Source of the DNA: Geosiphon pyriformis uo1
Taxonomy: Eukaryota > Fungi > Glomeromycota
DNA length: 64,000 bases
NCBI GenBank assembly: GCA_016748015.1
Contig: JAAOMT010000400.1
Coordinates: 372,001-436,000, forward strand
Reading direction: 5' to 3'
Part shown: piece by piece, positions 24,681 through 36,205 of the stretch
Position numbering within the stretch: position 1 is the first letter of the stretch
Layout of the letters: each line of letters opens with the position of its first letter
The notes under the pieces: model-generated
What the model was told of the DNA's origin: nothing
The model's database searches: none
Seen by the model: the letters and a program-made list of their open reading frames with translations, nothing else
Program-made: the position numbers and the translations under genes

Positions 24681-26493
24681 GCAACAACAACAACAGCAGC
24701 AAGATCAGCAATCTTGGGTTCAAAGGCAAAATACTCGTTTGGCGTTACAACAGCCTTATAAGCAATCTGTAATGCCAATGCCTGAACCTTATGAACCAGT
24801 TCGTCCTATTCCCATTGTTCATCGAATGCCAGTCCCACGCTTGCCAAAAATCCAAACAGGCTTTGGCTCTGGTGTTATTCACCAGCCAACCGTCGGTTAT
24901 ATTCAACAACCACAATCACTTGGTCGTGTATCACCTTCACCAGCTCAACAAGCCTTAATTAATTCTTATTATGGGCATAAGCGCAACCCGAATAGTGGTT
25001 CATCTCATGTGCATCATGTTAAAAGGCATAGTATGCCAACGTTAGACTTGGAGAATGTAATTGATCAGGCACAACATCAGGCGCAAAACCCACTTCAAGA
25101 ATCTTCATCATTAGATGCGAATTCTCGTGGTTATTTTCCTATTGCAGCAAATATGGGAAACCATCCATCAGTAAAAGGACATTATGTAAATATTGAATTG
25201 AATGCCCCATCCAATGAAAACTCATCCCAGCCAAACTATTCCCATCTCAATAGTAATGTAAATAATATTCAACAGAAAATGACTTCAATTCATTCATTGG
25301 CACCCACACAATTCCCAAACCATCCCTCCAATTCTCAAATGAATGTATTACATGTTACCAATGATGCCTTTCCTACTATTGTGAAGCAACAGCATCACCA
25401 ACAACAACAACAACAACAACAAGAGCAACAACGGCAGCAAACTGTTGCCATGGATATTTCTTCTAAACAGCATCGCCAGCAACCTCAGCAATTAACGCAT
25501 CACCGATCAATGCCTCAGCTGAATACTGGCTCAACAATAATTCCAACCCCCTTATCAGCAGGCTATTCATCGTCTCAAGGAGGCGCGAGTTATTCAATAT
25601 CGGGACAAAATTCGTCTGGGGGTTATATTTCTCAGGCTTATTCATTATCGTCTCAGGGTGTAAACAATATGACGGCAATGACGAAAAAGACCACGGGCAA
25701 CCTTGCTCAGAATCGTCTACCTTCAATGTACACTAATTCGACAACAGTTCAGGTGCAGTCTCCGGAACAATATAACGGAACGCCACCCTTACTGCACCAG
25801 AAATCAAATGGATTAAAACAAGCCCAATCAAGTTCTGCAACTAAGTCTTCCATTAGCATTGGCGTGAGCAGTAATCCACCAACACCAGTGGATCTTCCTT
25901 TTGATTCCACAAGTTATCCCTCCGCTTCACATTATCAACCCTTTCTTGGTAGTCAAGGAAATAATGTGAATCCTAGTAATATTAATCTTGGTGGTAACAT
26001 TAACACTGGCACAACTTTGGTACATCAACTACCATCAACCAAACATGGACAAAATTCCTATGGGTCTGTTCAAGCACAACAAGGAATGAATGTTAATGTG
26101 ACAAATGGAATTGGTGGATTCGTATTCCCAGCAATCATCTCTCATAACAATGCTACCAACAACAGCATTCTTCCGATTTCTAACAAGCATTTTGAAGAAG
26201 GTACTACTAATGTTGGTATTCATGGTTCTGCTCCTGTTATGATAGCACCTCCTGGTCTGGGAGTTGCTGGCGGGTTTGGTGCCCCCAGTATGGCAATTCC
26301 ATCTTCCCATCATATGCTTCCAACGAATGGTGGTGGTGCTGGAATGGGTTTCGTTACTGGTAGTGCTAGGATGGGTAATGCTGCTGGTGTAAACAAATCT
26401 GGGGTTAATGCGGCTGCTAACACGGCTGGCTCATCCAATCCTGTAGATGGAAGTTACTATTATCGCTTAATTGATGGTGTTGGAATCGCATAA
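23630..26493 (+). CDS. Pho85-type cyclin (Clg1/Pcl-like), 911 aa; exons 23630-24085 and 24214-26493
   Basis: GTAAGA...TAG intron joins FCNQ|VLQQTQIS in frame; cyclin box [30 protein letters not shown]...MELEFL; Q/N/S-rich tail. Confidence 0.88.
24622..24702 (+). repeat. (CAR)27 poly-glutamine microsatellite
   Basis: 27 consecutive CAA/CAG codons. Confidence 0.97.
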
Positions 26494-27708
26494 TTGGGAA
26501 GCTATCTCTACACAGTTATTGATAGAGATACTCGCAATGATATCCTCAGGAAAAGAAGGAAAGAAAGACCGGAGATGTATATGGGTGAACAATTTATATA
26601 AGTGGTTTTCAAGGGAGAGGAAAATTTGCAGTGAGAAGAAATTTTCTAGGGGTTTTCTTGTCAAATCATTTGAGCAAAGGTAACCTTTCAAGCCAACGGA
26701 TCGGAGATGATGGGATTTATACAAGATATCATTAATTAATAATAATCTCCCAATCCCGTTGGAAGACAACAAAAACAATATTCAAAAATAGCAAGAAAGC
26801 ATGATTTTATATTTGGGGATAATCTTTTTACTACCATTTTTACTCTGTATTGGCCAGGGATAATATGAATTCGAACATTTAAGTGTCCAATTTCTTTGAT
26901 TCGTCAAATTCCCTCCTCTTCGCATCCTTTTGAATCCATCATTATATCCTGTCGCTTTTTTTCTCTTCTTTTTTTTTTTACCACATTATTTTATAGCCCC
27001 GACAGGATAAAGTATTACTCGATTTCATGGTGAGACACGAGGAATAGTCTAAAGTTTGAATGCCAACAACGCAACATGTAATGTCCCTTTGAACAACATT
27101 TGCGTAAAATATTACGTCGAACATTGCACGTGATAATAGAATTGTTGTTGCGAGGTTGACCAAAATTTCCATTAAGCCAAAGGATAATTTCCAGAGTCGC
27201 ATCGATTCTTGAGTTTCAATTGGTCAACAAAACTGTAAAAGATCGATTTTCCATGATCCCATCTTAGGAAAGCGACATTATCTGCTCATTTCCCATTCGC
27301 AGTGAAATCAGCAAAGGTGATTGTATGGAAACCGGTCATTATTAACCATGTCAGGAGAATATTTTCTTTTTTCCTTTGACCATCAAAATAATCGAAATCA
27401 TTTTTCTAGGGCTCAATGTCTTAATATTATATTTATTGGTAAATACTCGGCGATACTGTGTCGGAAATGGCAAACCTTTATCAAATATGATATTATTGTT
27501 ATTGTTTGCAATACAAAGTTTTAGCTTAATAGTCCATAGATTCCTTTCAACAAATAATGAAAATGAGGTAGTTGAGAATTTAGTAGTCTACTTTGATTTC
27601 TTAAGTTAATCATTTCCAATAATTATCAACAGTTTATTGTCCGAAATAATTACATCATATTTTTTCGCAGTCTAATTCAAGAACATAAACGTTAACTGGT
27701 TTCAATTG

Positions 27709-28672
27709 TTATGTATGATTGTCTTTTGGTGATGGCAACATCGGGAGAATATCATTGATCACAATTTGAACGCGCTCCAATTTTGAGAAATTGACCGAGG
27801 CAGACTGATTAAAAAATTAAGATTGACGATAAAAGATATCAATGTGAAAATTTATTTGTAAGAATAACGTGCTATTCTGTCAACACAAGAATCTCACCTT
27901 TTTTAGATCGGACAACATAACGAGACCTTGATTATAGGTTGCGATGTTCTGTTCCCGACGCGGCATTTCTTTGGTGATCACGTAAGTTACGAAGAGAAAG
28001 GTCAATATAGGACCTGAGCAATCATTTGAAACTTGAAATTAACAAGATACTCACCAGGCAATGATCCCACGCTGGATATTTCATGATTCTCACAATTCAT
28101 TGCGTCAAAATTGACACAATTTACCATCGCTGATTGTCGTTTCAACGCGTCCTGAATTAAAGCTTTTGCTTGTTCCGGAATGGTTTTTCGTCTATTAGTA
28201 ACCTTGAGCATAGTTTCTTCAATTTCCCCGTGCATGTCTTGTACTTTTCTATATAAGACTTCGTCGAACGGTTGTACCTCTTGCATAATTTTACCAAAAG
28301 TTTAACAGATCAAACTGATGAAGGAGAACATAATAGCTTGTAGCGAGAAAAAACCTTCTTTGGCCTTCATAGCTTTCTCATAATCAATTCCATTCACTTG
28401 AATGTTTCCGGCTGCAAGTTTGAAAAGCTCGTCCACCCACTTGATCAAATTGGAAAAAAATTGAGATCGGTTTACATGTAAAGTTATCAGCAATTCAAAA
28501 GAAACCAGTCACAGACCTTTGAGACTAGTTTTGATACAGCAGGTTTCAATTGAGGGTCACCGTCTACACCCAGACGTTCTTCAACCGTTGCTAAAGCAGA
28601 CTCATGAAGTCCTTCTTTGAGAAACAGAACGTCTTCTTTCGTGTCTAGTTGCAGTTTTGGAAAGTCATCCAT
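27709..28672 (-). CDS. NSL1: Kinetochore Mis12-complex subunit Nsl1/Mis14-like, 210 aa; exons 28672-28517, 28439-28355, 28279-28055, 27968-27898, 27804-27709
   Basis: Four GT-AG introns give a continuous frame; family motifs PK.QL, NI.VNG, PFD..L, RR..P, KLER. Confidence 0.78.
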
Positions 28673-31485
28673 TTTTTCATTTAATAATATAATAACATGA
28701 AAAGATTCATTGATTAAAAATTAATTTTTGGATAATAATAACTTTTTTTCAACAATATTTGTTTAACGTTTATATTTTGATTTTTGATTTTTAAACAAAA
28801 TTATTTATTATATTATAAGTAAATAATAGAATTCAACCCATTTTTTAACATTAATACTATTAAATAATTTTAAATTTAATACCAAAAAACTTTTTTTACA
28901 CAATAAATAAAAATTTTGACGTTTATTTAAAAAATTTATTATTATTATTGTTACTATTTAAGATAAAAAATCAACAGTTTAATTAATTCAGTTAAATATG
29001 AATAAATGCACATGACAAATAAATTGACTAATCAAAAATCAATTTTTCATGTTAATTATTTGATAGCATAATTAAAATTTTTACCATATAAAATTACATC
29101 AACACATGATTGAATTATAATTATTTTTAGGCAGTATTTACCAATCATTTTTAACTTATTTTAATTTTTTTTAAATGTTTTTAAAGTAGAGAATTAACTT
29201 AATTTAGAAAAAAAGAAATAATATAACCAGTAACAATTTGTGTTTTTCAAGAATTCCAATAAAATAATAATAATAATAATAATAATAATTGAAACATGAT
29301 AGTATTGATAAAAAGAATAAAATTATAAATAGTATTGTCAGTAATGGTATAAAAAGTGAAATCAATGACATCAGGAATCATGTAAATGGTGAATAGACTT
29401 GAAAACAATGATCATCATGAAAATGCATATATTGTTGAAAAAGATAATTGGAAAACCTGTTCTCTGGATTAGTAATTATAGAGAATATCTCGATCCTGAT
29501 CATAGACGCAAAGTTAATTGGAGCAATGACAAAAATATTGATAAAAAAGTTTCTCCTCTAATAGGGAAGGAAAGCCGATGATATTCTAACTAATGATTTA
29601 AGGTATCGAAAATAAAAACGTTGAGGAGAAACTTACTTAAACCAAATCGAGAGATTAAAAGTTTAAATAGAAAAATATATATATTCCTTAACGAACATAG
29701 TGGTCGAGTGATTCACCTTCCAAATATCGATAGAAAGTGGTAAAAATATTTTCTTACATAAAACCTCTTTGATACTCTTCCATGTGATCAATAATACTCC
29801 TTAATTTTATTCAGATCTCAAACCCTCTTGTTCACATGTTCTCAAAAGGAAATTTTTTTAGATCTATCTGAATAAAACAATAACATCATCGTGTTATTAA
29901 ATGATAATAAATTGATTAGTTGGTTAGTTAGATAGTTATGAATGCGCAGAAATGGATTTTTGGGTAAAGCAAATTTGCTGGAGGAGAAGGATAAGATCCA
30001 TAAATTAGCGGGTGACGAATCGTGTTAATTTACCAATTACGTGATAATATCAAAAGAATTTATCTATCACATGAATATAAAATAGTCTCAGCTTAAAAAT
30101 ATAAAGTATTTTTCCATATATTAACACTAAAAGGAAAAACTATCGAAATTTAAAAAATAATTATGAATACTAGAGTATTTCGTATTACTAGAAATAAATA
30201 TATATACAAGTAGCGTTAGTTAGCAATAAAACTGGTGTACATTCCGAGAAAAACTAGGATTTGATACGACTTTTTTCAGGTTTGGCCTCTTTTTTGTCTT
30301 ACACCTTCATCTTTTTGTCCCACAGTGCTAATAAATAAAGATATTAAATGGGTCACGAAAATGGAATGCTTCATTTTCAAAGTTGGTAGGAGAATCAACA
30401 CAGTTACTTTTGATCGAATGTAGTGAAACAATAATTAAAACAAAATAAGATCCTTGAACTTAAGGTATAAAAATTGTGACCAAAAAAGTTTTTCAAAAAT
30501 AGCTTCGGCTTGGCCTTTTTCGGAATCTCGGATTTTATAATGGTGAGGAAACCATTGGGAGAATTTGAGATTTAAAGAGTAATGATTTTAGTATAGTTAA
30601 AATACCCAAATGATCAAAAGTTTATAGTAAACTAGGCTTCTCTTAAATTTATCAAAAAACTTTTGATAACCTATTATTTTTAAAGTTTCTGAGACAAGAT
30701 AATATTAATTTAAGCCCTTTTTCCTTTTTCCTTTTTGTTCGATAGCAGAACAAAAAATCTTATGTTTTCAAGAAAATGTAACAATAAATCGAAAAGATTG
30801 CTATTGATTCTCATTAGTAAGAGGTAAAACTTTGATGTTTTGTTTTTTTTTACATCTCAAGTTATTAGAAATAGAAATATTCAAAAACATATATCTAATT
30901 GTTTTCTTTTTAATCAGTTTTTAATTACTATACCTTTTTTTCTGTTTAAAAAAATTCTTCATTTATTTTGGTATCTAAAATCTTTTTATTGATTTAAACT
31001 TTATGGAAATAAGTTTTTTAGTAAACCATATTAATATTAATATCTTCGTTTACAATAATCGATATTTTCAAAGAATTTTAAATATCGAAAATAGTTTAAT
31101 CAAATTTAAAAAGCATTGAAAAATATTATTATTCAAAACTATTCTCTTATATAAAACATTAATTGAAATAAAAATATGATTAACTTTTTTTTAGTTAATA
31201 TTTAACTTTTAACAAATAATATTAAAAATGGTTATACATACAAAAAATATATGTATATTTTAAATTATTATATTTTTATTTATAAACAAAATTAAAATTA
31301 GTTAATTTATTAATTAACAAAAACAATAATTTTTTATATATTAATAATTAAATTAAATTAATTTAAATATTGTTAACAATCACAATTAATTGTTTAATAA
31401 AAAATTTAATTTGAAATACAATAACGACTCTATTTTTTATGGTTTTTCGTTTTATTATTGCAAAATAAAAAATTTGAATAAATAA

Positions 31486-31884
31486 TAGGGAATTGCTAAA
31501 TAGACTCAATTAATTCAGATTTTAACCACATCTCTTGCAATTGAGAATCCTTTTAATTAACGAACTTGAGAACGTCCTTTAGGTACTTTAAATCGCTCTA
31601 AACAAAATATTGCTCATCAAGAATCATTTATTCAACGAAATTTATCCCAATTTGAAATTGTTGAAAATGGTTCTTCTCAAATTCAAGTATGTAAATGTAA
31701 AATTTGTAAAAAACAAGGCCATAATATTCGGACCTGTCCACAACGAAGTGTTTTTTAATTATAAAACACTTCGTTGTGGACAATTATAATATTCATTAAT
31801 ATGTTCCTATTTATATTGTTGAATACGAAACTATGACGTAAATAATATCACGTGTTGCGGGTGGGTCGATTTAGCAATTCCCTA
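31486..31884 (+). mobile_element. Non-autonomous Mutator (MULE) deletion derivative / MITE
   Basis: TIRs TAGGGAATTGCTAAAT.GAC.CA; exact 9-bp TSD AATAAATAA; internal remnant NP...RP.G...QR..SQFE...CKICKKQGH..RTCP, typical of MULE transposase C-termini. Confidence 0.85.
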
Positions 31885-34411
31885 AATAAATAATAAATTA
31901 ATCTATTTTATAATTATAATTTTATGCATTTAAATAATTTCTTTGAAAAAATTAAAAGTTTTAAAACTAAAAATTATTTAACAATTAATATTAAATTCAA
32001 AACATATATTTAAACATAAAAAATAATTAAGAATTAACTTAATTAATAAGATTATAAACAATTATAATTTTTTAACAAAAGTATAACCTAGTTATAAACT
32101 ATGAAATAAAATATTAAGATTTCAAGTAGCCATAATTTATATGCTTTTTACATGTAATTAATCATTCAAGTCAGTCAAGATTAAATTAAGTTAAATTTAA
32201 CAAAAAAAATCTATTTTAAAAAAAAATTAATGTTTTACTATATCTTATTATATTACTTATTTAATAAATAGTAGTATTCTTATTTAATTTAATATTAAAA
32301 GATTAAAACTTTTAAAAAGCCATTATTTAATTAAAAATATTATTACTAACTAAAATATTAGAAAATATTATATTGTTACCAAATTTAATATTAATTTTAA
32401 TCTTTAAAATATTATACTTTTTGCATAATTTGCATACTTTATTTTCAAAATCTGTAATTAGTTTTCTAATTATAATATATATTTACTTTTTAACTTAGTA
32501 TACAAAGCAAAAAAAATATTAAACAACTTAAAAACTAAAATAACTAAAACACTAATAAATTCAATAATAAATCTAATTAATTAAACCAAAACAGTTAATT
32601 TAAACTTCAAAAAACCAACGAAAAATTTAAGATTAATAACAATAATTATAAAAACAACCAAAAATATAATAACAAAAAAACCAATAAAACAAAAATTATA
32701 ACATTTAATTTAATATTAATAAATTAAGAATTAAAATTTTTAAAACTATCAATAAATTTAAACAAAAATTTAAGAAAAAATAATATTATTATTTTATAAT
32801 TTAAAATTAAATAATTTATATTTTTTTAATACTTAAAACAAAAATAACAGCCAAAAGTTTTTTATCATAATATTTTTTTAAAGTATTAGTTTTAATGATT
32901 ATAATATTTAAATTTTTTTTTAAACCAAAAATAATAATTGTATATTATAAATATTAAACAAAATTAAAAAAATAAAACAAATATTATTATTAATCTAAAA
33001 AACCAATTTGTTAATTTAAAGACTATATAACCAGAAAAAAAATTGATCAATTTAATTTAAAAAGAAAAGTAGAATTAACAACAAAAAAAATTAAAATAAA
33101 CAATAACATAAAATTACAAACTAACAAACTTAACTTAAGAAAAACAATTTTATCAAAAATATCTAAAGTAGTTTTAATATTATTAAAAATAATATTAAAA
33201 AAAATATTATAAAAAACAACAACAAAAAAAAATAAAAAATCATAAAAAATTTTGCAATTTTAAAAAAAAAATTTAATAAACTTAATCTATACAGTAATAT
33301 TCAAATAAATCTAAAATATAAACTTTATATAAAAACTTTAATATTGTTTTTTGTAATTAAATTAAATTCAAAAAAATTATACAAAAATTAAAACACAGTT
33401 TTAATATAAATTTATTTTAATTTTAATAATATTATTAAATATTAGAAAAAAAATTATTTATTTAAAAATTAGTGTATTTTATAAATATTATTAAAAATAA
33501 TATTAAAAAACAAAAAAAAAGATTGTTTTAGTTTTTATTTAATCAATTCAATTTTTAAGATTAGATAATTTAATAAGTTAATTAGTTAAAAATATATACA
33601 AAAACATATTTTGTTTTGTTTTTAAAACTAACAAAAATTTATTAAAAAATATTTTTATAAATAATATAATTAATAATTAATTTTAGTTTATTTTAAAAAA
33701 TATATTATTATTGTTGTTGTTTATATTAAAAAAAACTAGTTATTACAACAAAAATTTTATTTAAAACTAAAAAAAAACCATTAATTAAAAAAAAAAGTGG
33801 TTTAAAAATTATTAAAGACAGTTTTATATTATTAATATTTTAAAAAAATGTTTTTAAAATGTTTTGTTTCATTGTTTTTACAACCAAAAAAATTTTTGTG
33901 TTAAAATTTTATTACTTATTATATTAAAATAATATTAATAGCTTTTTTATTTTTTGTTTTAATCATAACTATAAAAATAAAAAATTTTAATTATTATTAA
34001 AAAATACAAAATATATAAATTATTATTAATAAATTAAAAAAATTATATAAAGTTTTTCTTTTTTATAATTCTATATTTATAATTAAAATAAAAAATAAAC
34101 AAATTTTGTTTATATAACTATTTTAAAAAAAATTATAATAAAAATAATTAAATAATATTTTATTAAAATGCTTTTTTTAAATAAAAAAACTCTTTTTTTG
34201 ACTTAAGTAAAAGTTTTTTTTTTATTTAAAAACTTTTAAAATAGTATATTAAAAAAAGCAAAAACAAAAAAAAACTTCTTTCCTTCCTTCATCCAAAATT
34301 CACAAAAAAAAGAGTTAAAAATTTTTTCGAAAGAAGTTTTTTACCGTTCAGTACGATAAATCAAAACCGTTCTTCAATTACGAGGCCACTGTTGGCTCTG
34401 TTATTGCTGTT

Positions 34412-36205
34412 ATGAAAAAAACTGCTAAAGTTTCTGGTTCTGAGAGTGGTTTTAAGGTGGTTGCATTAAGGAAGAAGAGGAAGGGAGGTGCATTGGCAGA
34501 GGGTGTTGATAATAAAGGGGTTACTGCTGGAGTTCCTGGTGTTTGTTCATGGGATTCGGAGACTGGGGACACTACTGAGTCTGAAAGTGTTGATATGGAA
34601 AAGGAGTGTCTGGTGGAGGAAACCAGCTTTGATTATGGTGAAGGTGGAGTTCTGGCTGGTGGAGATTATGATCAGACACCCACGAGTTCAAAGGTTAGAA
34701 CCAAAAAGACGTTGGGCAAGCCATTGGGAAAGATTGACTTCTCAAAAGATAATAGTAATGATGGTGTTCTCTTGGATGCTCCTCTTGAGCTCCCTCTTTC
34801 TTTGAAAAATTTGGTTAACGTTCCAGTCAGGAAGTTATTCACATTGGATATTGGCTTGGATAAAGTGGCCAGCAAATTCTCTCAGGAAAAACTTGTGGTG
34901 GTGAGAAAATTATTTTCTGGAATTAATGGTTTTGGGGGGGCGTCTACCCCCTCAAAATTCTCAGAGATCATCAGAGTAACATTCACTTCCGAATCGAGTC
35001 TAATAAAGGCTACTGAAAAGGCTACTGGTGCGAATATCATGGTAAACACTGATCTTAAGAAATCATCTGGGTGATCAGATCAGGCTGTAGTCATGAAAAA
35101 AATTCCAATTGGAACATTGGCTGAGGCTGTGCGTGCTGCACTATCCAAGTTTGGAGTTATTAAGGTGATCAAGATGCAGTTAATTGGGCTGTGGCAGAAG
35201 GCAATGGTGGAATTCGAACGATCGAATCAGGCTGATTTGGTTGTAGCTGAGTGGTCCATCTTAATTGGGAAAGATGCTGTACGTGTGACTAGGGCTGATT
35301 CAGACAAGAAAGCGTGGGATGTAAGGGACCAACATAAGGCACTGTTATACACATTGCCGATGGGGACCAATGCTCATGATATCTGAGACTTTGTTAGATC
35401 TGTGGGTGAGAAAATGTGCATTATTGATCATCATTCTGTTACGTATGCTTGGGCCAGGTGCGCTGTTGTTTGTTTCAACTCTGCTGAATCATTGGATGCT
35501 GTTGTGGGAACCACACTAGTACTCAGAAACACCAATCTTTGCTGGTCTTGCCTCATTTCTGCTAAATGCGCCAAGTGTAAGAAATTGGGTCACACATCAT
35601 TGGGTTGTGCAGTTGGTGGGAAATTATCTTCTGGTAGTTTGCTGCATAGAGTTCTCTCGGATACGGATAAAAGCAGGCTAGCAACCATCTATGCCAAACG
35701 CTTGGCTCCAGTTGCCCGTCTGGTCTCTTTTGGTGGTCTTTCTTGGGCAGAGGTTGCTCGCGGGTCTTTTTTGCCCCCCCTTTCTGGTCAGAACGTTGTG
35801 GTGAATAATGGCTTCTCTTCGGAGATAAAGCTGTCCCAACTGGTTGTGATAGAAGTCAATAATAGGTTCACCGCTCTTGAGCGCAGTTTTGCCAGTTTCG
35901 CGGAGCAAGTTGGTAAGCTGGCTAAGAAGTTGGATGCACTTGGGCCAACAGTTCCTCAGCCTAGCCCTGGATGTCAGCCATTGGTGACCCCTTCATCACA
36001 GGATCAAGGGGCGGATGTAGTGATGAGTGAGGGTTCGGATGTGTCCACTAGTGGTGGGAATGTCGTGGGAGCGGTGTCTTTTGATATGTCTTCGGTGTCT
36101 AAGCTGGAAGACAGCATGAAGTGTCTAATGGAGACGGTTCTGGGCCTTTCAGCCAAAGTGGATAGTATAAGTGTGCTTTCGGTGTCTCTACCCCTCACTC
36201 AATGA
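34412..36205 (+). pseudogene. LINE ORF1 (RRM-like region, CCHC knuckle, coiled coil), two in-frame stops
   Basis: Three collinear ORFs in one frame; CAKCKKLGHTSLGC. Confidence 0.85.

Noticed and set aside
24270-26778. Overlapping antisense and alternate-frame ORFs (poly-V, poly-T, etc.)
   Set aside because: Shadows of the cyclin CDS and its CAA repeat
34245-34275. Target-site duplication of the LINE
   Set aside because: Both flanks are A-rich, so no unambiguous duplication can be called
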